A stretch of 32,000 nt of DNA, taken from Alkalilimnicola ehrlichii MLHE-1 (GTDB lineage Bacteria > Pseudomonadota > Gammaproteobacteria > Nitrococcales > Halorhodospiraceae). Location: the NCBI RefSeq assembly GCF_000014785.1, contig NC_008340.1:780001-812000 (forward strand). Reading direction: 5' to 3'. Shown piece by piece: positions 6,827 through 17,503 of the stretch. Positions within the stretch are counted from its first letter, which is position 1. Each line of letters starts with the position of its first letter. The notes beneath the pieces were generated by a model, which was given only the letters and a program-made list of their open reading frames with translations, was not told the origin of the DNA and searched no databases. The translations under genes were made by a program, and so were the position numbers.

Positions 6827-7264
6827 ATGAGCTACGCAGCCATGAACAGCGGAATCGATCAGTATCAGCAGGTGGGGGCCTACAGCGGGGCGGCTTACGC
6901 CGATCCGCACCGGCTCATCGAAATGCTGCTCGATGGTGGCATCGACCGGCTCGCCCAGGCCAAGGGAGCACTGCACCAGGGCGATCGCGCCCTCAAGAGC
7001 CAGCTTATCGGCAAGGCCATCGCCATTATCGACGGGCTGCGCGGCGGGCTGGACCGCAAGGCCGGCGGCGAGCTGGCGCAGAACCTTGACGAGCTGTATG
7101 ATTACATGCAGCGACGGCTGGTCTCGGCCAACGCCCGCAACGACGAGGCCATACTCGACGAGGTCTCCAAGCTGCTCAACGAGATCCGCGATGCCTGGCA
7201 GGCGATCCCCGCCGAGCTGCGTGACAAGGAGGCGGCGGAGCGCGCCGCACGCTCCGGGCGCTGA
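6827..7264 (+). CDS. fliS: flagellin-specific chaperone FliS
   Basis: 145 aa. YADPHRLIEMLLDGGIDRLAQAKGAL...KAIAIIDGLRGGLD...GGELAQNLDELYDYMQRRLVSANARND matches the FliS four-helix pattern. Synteny follows fliD. An alternative ATG at 6842 is possible. Confidence 0.9.
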   Translation: MSYAAMNSGIDQYQQVGAYSGAAYADPHRLIEMLLDGGIDRLAQAKGALHQGDRALKSQLIGKAIAIIDGLRGGLDRKAGGELAQNLDELYDYMQRRLVSANARNDEAILDEVSKLLNEIRDAWQAIPAELRDKEAAERAARSGR

Positions 7265-7266
7265 TC

Positions 7267-7602
7267 ATGCCCCTGCCCCGCGACGAGGCGATGCTGGAGG
7301 CGGCCATCGAGCTGGAGCACCTGGCCCGGCGCCGCCTCGAGCTGGCCCGCTCGGAGCGGTGGGATGAGCTCGTCGCCAGCGAGACCCGACGCGGTGAGTT
7401 GGCCCGCGCCATCGATCCTTCCTCTGTCCACGCCCCCGATCTGCAACAGGCCCTGGTGACCCGGCTGCGTCGGATCACCGACATGGACGACCAACTGCGC
7501 CCCCTTTTGGAAGGGCGGCTGGAGGAGCTGGGCCGTACCCTCCTCGACGCCCGCAAGGGCGCGGCTGGCAACCGCGCCTACCAACGCTTCCGTGGTGACT
7601 GA
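7267..7602 (+). CDS. fliT: FliT-like flagellar chaperone (small helical protein)
   Basis: 111 aa, Leu/Arg/Glu-rich and helical. Its ATG is 2 nt after the fliS stop, the same position as fliT in Pseudomonas fliS-fliT-fleQ. The call rests mainly on synteny. Confidence 0.5.
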   Translation: MPLPRDEAMLEAAIELEHLARRRLELARSERWDELVASETRRGELARAIDPSSVHAPDLQQALVTRLRRITDMDDQLRPLLEGRLEELGRTLLDARKGAAGNRAYQRFRGD

Positions 7603-7707
7603 CCTGTCGCGAGTGTTAAACCGTCCGCCGTATTTTTGACGGCGATAATACGAAAGCACTAGACTGCCCGCATTAGTTGCCTGGGATTTTCCTTGGGGGG
7701 ATGCGTA

Positions 7708-9375
<1,668 letters not shown>

Positions 9376-9377
9376 GC

Positions 9378-9419
9378 GACGGCGGGCCGCCGGTCCCGCC
9401 GGCAAGCCGTCGGTTTTTC
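9378..9419 (+). terminator. Rho-independent terminator after fleQ
   Basis: Outer stem GACGGC(9378-9383)/GCCGTC(9406-9411), inner GCCGG/CCGGC stem, followed by GGTTTTTCG. Confidence 0.6.
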
Positions 9420-9498
9420 GTCGAGCCACAATGTTGCCGTCTGACAGGTCATTTCCGCTTACCAGAAAGAACTAGTTAAATCAGCAGGCTGCATACCC

Positions 9499-9514
9499 TG
9501 GCACGCCCCGTGCT
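9499..9514 (+). promoter_or_regulatory. sigma54 (RpoN) promoter for the fleR-like gene and fliEFGHIJ
   Basis: TGGCACGCCCCGTGCT matches TGGCACG-N4-TTGCW at every position but one, with exact GG-N10-GC spacing. It lies 59 nt upstream of the ATG at 9573. Confidence 0.65.
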
Positions 9515-9572
9515 TCCTTGCCGCTCACAGTCATCGGTGGCCCGACCCGGGCAAGGAAAACGAGGTAACACC

Positions 9573-10982
9573 ATGTCGCAACCCAGTGTGCTCATCGTGA
9601 CCACGGACCAGGAGTTCAGCCGGCGCCGCTGCCTGCTCCTGCGCGAGGCCGGGTTCCAGCCCATCGGCGTTTCCGACTACACCCACGCCCAGCGGCTGCT
9701 GGAGCGGCGCAGCCTGGCGCTGGTGATCGTGCAGGGGGGTGCCGGGGCCTGCCAGTGGCGGCAGCTCGCCCAGTTGCCCTCGGCGCCGCCGCTGGTGCTG
9801 CTGGCCCCCCGGCCTTCGGTGGAGGAGGCCAAGCAGGCGCTGCGTGCCGGTGCCGCCGAGTACCTGGCCGAGGGCTGCTCCTCCCTGGAGCTGGTCAACA
9901 CGGTGCGCCGGCTGGTCGGGCGCGAGCAGGACCTGGTGGCCCGCGACCCCCGTTCCCGCGAGGTCTACCGCATGGCCCGACGGGTGGCCCAGAAGGACGT
10001 GAGCGTGCTGATTACCGGCGAGTCGGGCACCGGCAAGGAGATGCTGGCCCGGCACATCCATGAGCACTCCGGGCGCGCCGATGGGCCCTTTGTGGCGGTC
10101 AATTGCGCGGCCATCCCCGAACAGATGATCGAGGCGGTGCTGTTCGGATTCGAGAAGGGGGCCTTCACCGGCGCCCACCGCAGCCACGCCGGTAAATTCG
10201 AGCAGGCCCAGGGGGGCACGCTGCTGTTGGACGAGGTCTCGGAGATTGATACCGGGCTGCAGGCCAAGCTCCTGCGGGTGCTGCAGGAGCGGGAGATCGA
10301 GCGCCTCTGCGGCAGCGAGAGCATCCCGCTGGACGTCCGGGTGCTGGCCAGCAGCAACCGCGACCTGCGTGAACAGGTGGCCGCCGGCCGCTTCCGCGAG
10401 GACCTCTACTACCGGCTTCACGTCTTCCCGCTGCACCTGCCGCCACTGCGTGAGCGCCTGGACGATGTGTTGCCGCTGGCGGAGGCCTTCATCGCCAAAC
10501 ACGCCGGATTGGGCCCCGAGGGTGCCCGGCTGGACGACGCCGCCCGCAGCCGCCTGCTGGGTCACGACTGGCCCGGCAATGTGCGCGAGCTGGAGAACGT
10601 CATCCAGCGCGCCATGATCCTGGCGGACGAGGCCCGGATCAGCGCCGACGACCTGGTGATCGAACCGGTGCCGGCCGCCCCCGCCCGCCAGGCCGCCCCG
10701 GTGCAGGGGGGCGCCAATGAGCCGGCGGCACCCGCGGACAGGGGGAACGGCGATGGCCGGCCGAAGGATGGGGCCTCCCCCACCCTGGGCGATAACCTGC
10801 GCGAGCGGGAGTTCCGCCTGATCATGGACACCCTCCGGGCCTGCCGTGGCAACCGTAAGCAGGCCGCGGAGCAGCTGGGCATCTCCGATCGCACCCTGCG
10901 TTACCGGGTGGCCCGGTTGCGCAAGGAGGGCTTTCACGTGCCCTCGAAGGCGGGCGCGGAATATGCGTACGGCCAGGCGTGA
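9573..10982 (+). CDS. sigma54-dependent transcriptional activator, FleR/NtrC-like, with a degenerate receiver domain
   Basis: Track ORF 9510..10982 trimmed to the ATG at 9573 (ACGAGG SD). It has a CheY-like N-domain, Walker A GESGTGKE, GAFTGA, ESIPLDVRVLASSNRDL, and a C-terminal HTH NRKQAAEQLGISDRTLRYRVARLR. It occupies the fleR position before fliE. Confidence 0.82.
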   Translation: MSQPSVLIVTTDQEFSRRRCLLLREAGFQPIGVSDYTHAQRLLERRSLALVIVQGGAGACQWRQLAQLPSAPPLVLLAPRPSVEEAKQALRAGAAEYLAEGCSSLELVNTVRRLVGREQDLVARDPRSREVYRMARRVAQKDVSVLITGESGTGKEMLARHIHEHSGRADGPFVAVNCAAIPEQMIEAVLFGFEKGAFTGAHRSHAGKFEQAQGGTLLLDEVSEIDTGLQAKLLRVLQEREIERLCGSESIPLDVRVLASSNRDLREQVAAGRFREDLYYRLHVFPLHLPPLRERLDDVLPLAEAFIAKHAGLGPEGARLDDAARSRLLGHDWPGNVRELENVIQRAMILADEARISADDLVIEPVPAAPARQAAPVQGGANEPAAPADRGNGDGRPKDGASPTLGDNLREREFRLIMDTLRACRGNRKQAAEQLGISDRTLRYRVARLRKEGFHVPSKAGAEYAYGQA

Positions 10983-11018
10983 GCCGCGCTTCCGCCAGGC
11001 ACTCAGGAGGCCGACACC

Positions 11019-11345
11019 ATGAAGGTCGACAACAGCTTTCAGATCAACCAGGCCCTGCAGCAACTGCGCGAGGTAGCGGCCCAGGCCGGGAACGAACCGG
11101 TATCGGGTCGCGGCGAGGCGCCCGGTGCCGACTTTACCCGCCTGATGCGCGAGGCACTGGAGAACGTGAACGGACTGCAGCAGACCTCCAGCGCCATGAC
11201 CGACGCGGTCGCCCGGGGCGAGGAGGTGAACCTCACCGAGGTGATGGTCGCGACGCAGAAATCGCGGGTGGCCTTCGAGGCCCTCAAGGAGACCCGCAAC
11301 CGCCTGCTGGAGGCCTATCAGGAGGTCTCCAACATGCAGGTCTAG
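11019..11345 (+). CDS. fliE: flagellar hook-basal body complex protein FliE
   Basis: 108 aa. The C-terminus VNLTEVMVATQKSRVAFEALKETRNRLLEAYQEVSNMQV is diagnostic of FliE. Confidence 0.9.
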   Translation: MKVDNSFQINQALQQLREVAAQAGNEPVSGRGEAPGADFTRLMREALENVNGLQQTSSAMTDAVARGEEVNLTEVMVATQKSRVAFEALKETRNRLLEAYQEVSNMQV

Positions 11346-11395
11346 GCACCGCGGTAGCGGGATCTTGACGGCGTTTTGACGGAACGGGGAAGGCA

Positions 11396-13138
11396 ATGGC
11401 TGAGGCAAGCCAGGCATTGACGGAGAGTGAGGGCGGCGGCCGCGCCATCGCCGAGCGCGGTAGTGCGGGGCGCACCGGTGCGGGCACCGCCGGTCGCATT
11501 CCGGGCATGGACCAATTGGAGGGCCTCTTCGGCGGCCGGCAGAACGTGATGCGCCTGGGGCTGGCGGTGGTGCTACTGTTCACCGTGGCCGCCGGGGTGT
11601 TGCTGTACCTCTGGGCGCAGGAGCCCAGCTACCGCACCCTGTTCAGCGAGCTGGACGATCAGGACGCCGCCGCCGTCATCGAGCAGTTGGAGGAGCAGGG
11701 CATCCCCTACCGCCTGGATGAGCGTACGGGAGCCGTGCGGGTGCCCTCGGATCAGGTCCACCCGGCCCGGCTGCAGTTGGCCGCCGAGGGGCTGCCCCGG
11801 GGCACCGGCTTTGGTTTCGAGATGCTGCAGGAGGACTCCGCCTTCGGCACCAGTGAGTTCATGGAAGGGGCCCGGTTCGACCGCGCCCTGGAGACCGAAC
11901 TGGCCCGTTCCATCGGCACCCTGCGCCAGGTGGACGCCGCCCGCGTCCACCTGGCCCTGCCCCGCGAGTCGGTCTTCGTCCGCGACCGCCGGCAGCCGAG
12001 GGCCTCGGTGGTGGTCAACCTGGCTCAGGGCCGGCGGCTGAACGATGAGCAGGTGGACGCCATCGTCCACATGGTGGCCAGCAGCGTGCCGGATTTGGCC
12101 CACGAGAACGTGAGCGTGGTGGATGAGCGCGGCCGCCTGCTCACCCGCGACGAGGGCCGCGGGCTGGCCAGCACCGCCGGTCAGTTCCAGTACAAGACCC
12201 AGGTGGAAGAGACCTACGTCCGTCGTATCGAGGACCTGCTGGCGCCCCTCGTTGGCCGCAACCGGGTCCGGGCCCAGGTCAACGCCAGCCTGGACTTCTC
12301 CGAGCAGCAGCGCACCGAGGAGCTCTACGACCCGGACAGCCGGGTGATCCGCAGCGAGGCCCTGCAGGGCCGCCGCACCCAGCAGGGGGCCGACGCGGCC
12401 ATGGGCGTGCCCGGCGCGCTCACCAACCAGCCCCCGGGGGCCGGGCAGTTGGACGGCGAGGAGGCGCCGGAGAACCCGCCGCCGGTGGACATCAGCTCCT
12501 CCGAGACCCGCAACTACGAGATCAGCCGCACCCTGCGCCAGGTCCGCGACCCCATCGGCAGCATCCAGCGGGTGTCGGTGGCGGTGGTGGTGGACGAGCG
12601 CATCACCACCGACGAGGAGGGCAACACAGTGCGCGAACCGTTGTCGGACGAGGAGATGGACCGTATCAACGCCCTGGTGCAGGAAGCCGTGGGCTTCGAT
12701 GCCGCGCGCGGTGACAGCGTCAATGTGGTCAACGCCGCCTTCTTGGAAGAGGAGCCGGTGGAGGCGATGCCGCCGGTGCCGCTGCTGGAGCGCGAGTGGG
12801 TCCGCGAGCTGATCCGCTTTGCCATTGCCGCATTGGCCTTCATCGCCCTGCTGCTGTTCGTGGTGCGGCCGATGATCAAGGGCATGCAGCGTCAGCGCGA
12901 CCAGGCGCTGCGCGCGCCTGCCTCGGAGGAGCAGGCACGCCTGGCCCAGCAGGGCGGTGGCGGGGGCGCGGCGCAGCTCGCCGGGCCGGACGCCAACGAA
13001 CAGGCACTGCTGGCGGGCGTTCAGCACAAGCCCTACGAGGCCAAACTGGAGGCCGCCAAGAAGCTGGTGAATGACGAGCCGGAGCTGGCGGCGAACGTGA
13101 TCAAGTCCTGGCTGGCGGAAGACGATGGCAAACGATAG
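11396..13138 (+). CDS. fliF: flagellar M-ring protein FliF
   Basis: 580 aa. It has an N-terminal TM segment (LGLAVVLLFTVAAGVLLYLW), then the YscJ/FliF domain (YRTLFSELDDQDAAAVIEQLEEQGIPYRL), and a C-terminal TM segment. Confidence 0.95.
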   Translation: MAEASQALTESEGGGRAIAERGSAGRTGAGTAGRIPGMDQLEGLFGGRQNVMRLGLAVVLLFTVAAGVLLYLWAQEPSYRTLFSELDDQDAAAVIEQLEEQGIPYRLDERTGAVRVPSDQVHPARLQLAAEGLPRGTGFGFEMLQEDSAFGTSEFMEGARFDRALETELARSIGTLRQVDAARVHLALPRESVFVRDRRQPRASVVVNLAQGRRLNDEQVDAIVHMVASSVPDLAHENVSVVDERGRLLTRDEGRGLASTAGQFQYKTQVEETYVRRIEDLLAPLVGRNRVRAQVNASLDFSEQQRTEELYDPDSRVIRSEALQGRRTQQGADAAMGVPGALTNQPPGAGQLDGEEAPENPPPVDISSSETRNYEISRTLRQVRDPIGSIQRVSVAVVVDERITTDEEGNTVREPLSDEEMDRINALVQEAVGFDAARGDSVNVVNAAFLEEEPVEAMPPVPLLEREWVRELIRFAIAALAFIALLLFVVRPMIKGMQRQRDQALRAPASEEQARLAQQGGGGGAAQLAGPDANEQALLAGVQHKPYEAKLEAAKKLVNDEPELAANVIKSWLAEDDGKR

Positions 13139-14129
13139 CAAGCTCAAGGGCACCGACCGCGCGGCGGTCTTCATGATGAGCCTGGGGGAGGATGAGGCCG
13201 CCAACATCATGAAGCATCTGGGCCCGCGCGAGGTCCAGCGTCTGGGTCAGAGTATGAGCGGCCTCGAGCAGGTCTCCCGAGACGACGTGGACGCCGTGCT
13301 GACCTCCTTTGTCGGTAAGGTCCAGGAGCAGACCGCCCTGGGCATCGGCACCAACGACTATGTGCGCTCGGTGCTGAACAAGGCCCTGGGCGAAGAGAAG
13401 GCCGGCGGCATTATCGACCGGATCCTGATGGGCGGTTCCACCCAGGGGCTGGATCAGCTCAAGTGGCTGGATCCGCGCACCATCGCCGAGATGATCCGCC
13501 TGGAGCATCCGCAGATCATCGCCATCGTGCTGGCCTACCTGGAGTCGGACCAGGCCGCGGAGGTGCTCGATTCGCTGTCCGAGCGGGTGCGCCACGATGT
13601 GCTCATGCGCGTGGCCACCCTGGACGGCATCCAACCGGCGGCGCTGAAGGAGCTGGACGAGATCATGGAGCGGCAGTTCTCCGGTCAACAGCGGGTGAAG
13701 TCCTCCAGTATCGGCGGGCTGCACGCCGCCGCCAGCATTCTCAATAACCTGGACACCAGTACCGAGAACACCATCCTCGATCACATCCGCGACTTCGATG
13801 TCGAGCTGGCGGAAAAGATCCAGGAGCTCATGTTTGTCTTCGAGGACCTGCTCGAGGTGGACGACCGGGCGATCCAGACCATCCTGCGCGAGATCAGCAC
13901 CGAGCAGCTGGTGTTGGCGCTCAAGGGCGCCGACGAGCAGCTCAAGGACAAGATCATGAGCAACCTCTCGCGCCGCGCCGCGGAGATGCTGGCCGACGAC
14001 CTGGAGACCATGGGACCGGCGCGTATCAGCGATGTGGAGAACGCCCAGAAGGAGATCCTGGCGGTGGCCAAGCGACTGGCCGACGAGGGCCAGATCGTGC
14101 TCGGTGGCGGCGGCGAGGAGATGCTCTGA
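13125..14129 (+). CDS. fliG: flagellar motor switch protein FliG
   Basis: 334 aa. GTDRAAVFMMSLGEDEAANIMKHLGPREVQRL ... MFVFEDLLEVDDRAIQTILREI ... AQKEILAVAKRLADEGQI. It overlaps the fliF end by 14 nt. Confidence 0.96.
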   Translation: MANDSKLKGTDRAAVFMMSLGEDEAANIMKHLGPREVQRLGQSMSGLEQVSRDDVDAVLTSFVGKVQEQTALGIGTNDYVRSVLNKALGEEKAGGIIDRILMGGSTQGLDQLKWLDPRTIAEMIRLEHPQIIAIVLAYLESDQAAEVLDSLSERVRHDVLMRVATLDGIQPAALKELDEIMERQFSGQQRVKSSSIGGLHAAASILNNLDTSTENTILDHIRDFDVELAEKIQELMFVFEDLLEVDDRAIQTILREISTEQLVLALKGADEQLKDKIMSNLSRRAAEMLADDLETMGPARISDVENAQKEILAVAKRLADEGQIVLGGGGEEML

Positions 14130-14154
14130 TGGCTGAACGGCGGGAGCAGGCGGC

Positions 14155-15042
14155 ATGAACGACAAGACCCGGCACAAGACCGGCGCGGCGGGCGAGGGCG
14201 CTGAGGCCGGCCGCGGCCGGGTACGGATCATCCCCGCCGAGGCGGCCGGCGAGACCTTCGCCCGCTGGGCGGCGGCGCCGAAGCCGGAGCGAGGCCAGGC
14301 CCCGGAACGGCCGGAGGCAAGCCAGCGTGCAAGTGGTGGGCAGCGGGACTACGCCGGCTTCCGCAAGCCGCAGCGCCGCGAGGCCGCGCGCATGCCCACC
14401 GCGGCGGATATTGAGGCGCTGCAGCAGCAGGCCTGGGACGAGGGCTACCGGGCCGGCGAGCGGGCCGGCCGCGAGGCCGGTTACGCCGAGGGCCACCGGG
14501 AGGGGCTGGAGGCCGGGCAGCGCGAGGGCCACGCCGCGGGCTACCAGGCCGGCGAGCAGGCCGCGCACCGGCTGGTGGAGCGGATGGACGGGCTGGTGCG
14601 CCAACTGGACCGGCCATTGGAGCAGATGGACGAGGAGGTGGAGCAGGCGCTGGCGGAGCTGGCCATGCACCTGGCCCGGCAGGTGATCTACCGCGAGCTG
14701 CGCATCCAACCCGGTGAGATCGTGCGCCTGATCCGCGAGGCCGTGGGATTGCTGCCGGTGGGCGCCCGCAACGTGGAGGTGCACCTGCACCCGGAAGACG
14801 CCCGCTTTATCCGCGAGGCCCTGAGCGCCGATGGCGGGGGCGAACAGGCGTGGCGGCTGGTGGAGGACCCGGCCATCAACCGTGGCGGCTGCCGGGTCAG
14901 CACGGAGACCTCGCATATCGACGCCACCCTGGAGCATCGTCTGGCCCAGTTGGCGCAACAGGTGCTGGGCAACGGCCGTGACGCTCAGGGCGAGGACGGC
15001 GATGGCACGGATCGTAACGCAGAGGCTGGTCGCCATGAGTGA
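14155..15042 (+). CDS. fliH: flagellar assembly protein FliH
   Basis: 295 aa. It has an Ala/Glu/Arg-rich coiled region ([28 protein letters not shown]) and a FliH C-domain ([13 protein letters not shown] ... [20 protein letters not shown]). Synteny fliG-fliH-fliI. Confidence 0.85.
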   Translation: MNDKTRHKTGAAGEGAEAGRGRVRIIPAEAAGETFARWAAAPKPERGQAPERPEASQRASGGQRDYAGFRKPQRREAARMPTAADIEALQQQAWDEGYRAGERAGREAGYAEGHREGLEAGQREGHAAGYQAGEQAAHRLVERMDGLVRQLDRPLEQMDEEVEQALAELAMHLARQVIYRELRIQPGEIVRLIREAVGLLPVGARNVEVHLHPEDARFIREALSADGGGEQAWRLVEDPAINRGGCRVSTETSHIDATLEHRLAQLAQQVLGNGRDAQGEDGDGTDRNAEAGRHE

Positions 15043-16411
15043 GGCCAAGGCCCCGCCCCGCAGCAATCGCTGGGCCGAGCATCTGCGTCGGCGCCGGCAG
15101 CGGGTGCGTGCCCCGCGGTTGGTGGTGGAAGGCGTGTTGCGCCGTATGGTCGGCCTGACCCTCGAGGCCGAGGGCTGCCAGGCGCCACTGGGCAGCCGCT
15201 GCACCCTGCGCACCCAGCAGGACCGGGATGTGGAGGCCGAGGTGGTCGGCTTTGCCGGCGACAAGCTCTACCTGATGCCCACCGGCGAGCTGCACGGCAT
15301 GATGCCCAACGCCCGGGTGGTGCCCCGGGGCGGCACCGCCGAGGCCGGTATGGGCCCGGGGCTGCTGGGCCGGGTGCTGGATGGCGGTGGTCGCCCGCTG
15401 GATGGTAAGGGCCTGCTGGATCACAGCGAATACCGCAGCCTGGTGGGCGAGGGCATCAACCCCCTGGCCCGCGCCCCCATCAAGGCGCCGCTGGACGTGG
15501 GCGTGCGCGCCATCAACAGCCTGTTCACCGTGGGGCGCGGCCAGCGCATGGGACTGTTCGCCGGCTCCGGCGTGGGCAAGAGCGTGCTGCTGGGCATGAT
15601 GACCCGCTACACCAACGCCGATGTGGTGGTAGTGGGGCTGATCGGCGAGCGGGGCCGGGAGGTCAAGGAGTTCATCACCGACATTTTGGGTGACGAGGGG
15701 CTGGCCCGGTCCGTGGTGGTGGCCTCACCGGCGGACAAATCCCCGCTCATGCGCCTGCACGGGGCCATGTTGGCCACCAGTATCGCCGAGTACTTCCGCG
15801 ACCAGGGCCTGAATGTGTTGCTGCTGATGGACTCGCTCACCCGCTACGCCCAGGCCCAGCGCGAGATCGGCCTGGCCATCGGTGAGCCGCCCACCACCAA
15901 GGGCTATCCGCCGTCCGTGTTCGCGCTGCTGCCGCGGTTGGTGGAGCGGGCCGGCAACGGGCCGGACGACGGCGGCTCGATCACCGCCTTCTACACCGTG
16001 CTCACCGAGGGCGACGATCAGCAGGACCCCATCGCCGATGCCGCCCGCGCCATCCTTGATGGTCACCTGGTGCTGTCGCGCCAGCTGGCCGACGCCGGCC
16101 ACTACCCGGCCATCGATATCGAGGCCTCGGTGAGCCGGGCCATGATCAACATCACCGAGCGGGGCCACCAGCGCCTGGCGCAGCGCTTCCGCCAGCTCTG
16201 GTCCACCTACCGGGAGAACCAGGACCTGATCAGCGTCGGGGCCTACCAGAAGGGCAGCGACCCGCGGGTGGACGAGGCCATTGCCATCATGCCGCGGCTG
16301 CGCGCCTTCCTGCAGCAGGATGTCTCCACGGCGGTGAACTTTGGCGAAAGCCTGGAGCAGCTCTTCGGATTGCTCAGCGATCAGGCCCAGACCGGGGGCG
16401 GCAATGGCTGA
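15035..16411 (+). CDS. fliI: flagellum-specific ATPase FliI
   Basis: Track ORF 14831..16411 trimmed to the ATG at 15035, which overlaps the fliH stop (ATGAGTGA). Walker [43 protein letters not shown], and the Walker B region. Confidence 0.95.
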   Translation: MSEAKAPPRSNRWAEHLRRRRQRVRAPRLVVEGVLRRMVGLTLEAEGCQAPLGSRCTLRTQQDRDVEAEVVGFAGDKLYLMPTGELHGMMPNARVVPRGGTAEAGMGPGLLGRVLDGGGRPLDGKGLLDHSEYRSLVGEGINPLARAPIKAPLDVGVRAINSLFTVGRGQRMGLFAGSGVGKSVLLGMMTRYTNADVVVVGLIGERGREVKEFITDILGDEGLARSVVVASPADKSPLMRLHGAMLATSIAEYFRDQGLNVLLLMDSLTRYAQAQREIGLAIGEPPTTKGYPPSVFALLPRLVERAGNGPDDGGSITAFYTVLTEGDDQQDPIADAARAILDGHLVLSRQLADAGHYPAIDIEASVSRAMINITERGHQRLAQRFRQLWSTYRENQDLISVGAYQKGSDPRVDEAIAIMPRLRAFLQQDVSTAVNFGESLEQLFGLLSDQAQTGGGNG

Positions 16412-16472
16412 CAGGGTGAATTGTCGGAGTCATAATAAGGGTTAAGTCGGCGCCCGCCGACGGGGAGGCGAG

Positions 16473-16919
16473 ATGAACCGTTCCGCACGCCTGCAACCGG
16501 TGCAACGCCTGGCCGGCGACAAGGCCGACGAGGCCGGCCAGCGCCTGGCCGAGGCCCGTCAGGATCTCGACAGCCAGCGCCAGCAGCTGCGCCAACTGTT
16601 GACCTTCCGCCAGGAGTACGCCGAGCAGTTGCAGGGACAGAGCGGGGGCATCAACGCCGCGCGCCTGCGCGACTACAATGCCTTCATATCCCGCATCGAT
16701 CAGGCCATCCAACAGCAGCACCAGGTGGTGGCTCAGGCCAAACGCCGGGTGAACGCGCAGCGCCAGGACTGGCTCGAGGCCTACAGCCATTCCCGGGCGG
16801 TGGGCCGGGTGGTGGACCGCTTCCGCGACGAGGAGCGCCGCGAGCAGGAGCGGCGCGAGCAGTTGCAACTGGACGAACTGGCCCGGCGCACCTACAGCAA
16901 CCCGCTACTCGGCTCCTGA
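16473..16919 (+). CDS. fliJ: flagellar export chaperone FliJ
   Basis: 148 aa coiled-coil. LQPVQRLAGDKADEAGQRLAEARQDLDSQRQQLRQLLTFRQEY. Synteny follows fliI. Confidence 0.85.
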   Translation: MNRSARLQPVQRLAGDKADEAGQRLAEARQDLDSQRQQLRQLLTFRQEYAEQLQGQSGGINAARLRDYNAFISRIDQAIQQQHQVVAQAKRRVNAQRQDWLEAYSHSRAVGRVVDRFRDEERREQERREQLQLDELARRTYSNPLLGS

Positions 16920-16938
16920 GCCGGAACAAAGGCCTTAG

Positions 16939-17330
16939 GGATCGCCACGTCGCTGCGCTCCTCTTGAAGAACTTGACTGTGCCGGCAGCGGAAGGTCGCC
17001 CCCACCGTCACTGCGAGGAGGCGAAGCCGACGCGGCAGTCTACCGCCCTGGATCGCCACGGGCCTTCGGCCCTCGCGATGACGGGGGGAGGGGCCACCCC
17101 GTCACTGCGAGGAGGCGAAGCCGACGCGGCAGTCTACCGCCCTGGATCGCCACGGGCCTTCGGCCCTCGCGATGACGGGGGGAGGGGCCACCCCGTCACT
17201 GCGAGGAGCGAAGCGACGCGGCAGTCTACCCCTCTGGATCGCCACGGGCCTTCGGCCCTCGCGATGACGGGGAGGAGGTGGCGGCCCTCGCGATGACGGG
17301 GGAAAGCCTTCGGCCCTGGCGATGCCAGGG
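16939..17330 (+). repeat. Repeat cluster C (forward orientation; 3 units at 94-bp spacing plus a head module and short tail modules)
   Basis: Units start at 17007, 17101 and 17195. The first two carry the GAGGAGGCGAAGCCGACG variant and the third GAGGAGCGAAGCGACG. The tail modules are GGCCCTCGCGATGACGGGG. Confidence 0.9.
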
Positions 17331-17415
17331 ATGCCCCGTTCCTCGTTGATTCGGGCCCGCGTAGCGAGGAGTGGGGCTCACGATGACGCGTGCGCCGTCC
17401 CCGGGTAGACGGCAT

Positions 17416-17431
17416 TGGCCCCGATATTGCT
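17416..17431 (+). promoter_or_regulatory. sigma54-type promoter candidate for fliK
   Basis: TGGCCCCGATATTGCT, with correct GG-N10-GC spacing and a TTGCT -12 element. It lies 73 nt upstream of the fliK start. Confidence 0.55.
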
Positions 17432-17503
17432 TTTCTTCCCGTAACGGACAATACCGGCAACCACGCCGGTCCACCACGGTACTGAGACTGGAGAGCACCC
17501 ACC

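Noticed and set aside
6156-6830. Four overlapping ORFs (128-194 aa) through repeat cluster B, and similar ORFs in clusters A, C, D and E (e.g. 3701..4108, 16964..17296, 25370..25639)
   Set aside because: They are open only because a 90-bp (30-codon) GC-rich unit without stops is reiterated. The same DNA is open on both strands and in several frames. The products are repetitive Arg/Ala/Pro/Gly strings with no SD-linked starts. I treat this as non-coding repeat DNA.
7617-7648. sigma28-like (TAAA ... GGCGATAA) and sigma70-like (TTGACG, GATAAT) hexamers upstream of fleQ, plus a weak hairpin CGCCGT-N7-ACGGCG (7626-7644)
   Set aside because: The TAAA to GGCGATAA spacing is 20 nt, not 15. TTGACG and GATAAT are only 2 nt apart. 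The hairpin has a 6-bp stem and no U-tract. I cannot support a specific fleQ promoter or fliT terminator call.
14831-15034. N-terminal extensions of track ORFs (fliI 14831, flaG2 4121, fleR-like 9510, yciO 21731, scpA 23849, sufD 29006, fliD 4736, fleQ 7693)
   Set aside because: The extensions overlap the preceding gene or repeat DNA, lack Shine-Dalgarno sequences and have junk composition. In each case an internal start with a good SD or a stop/start overlap gives a protein that begins where homologs begin.
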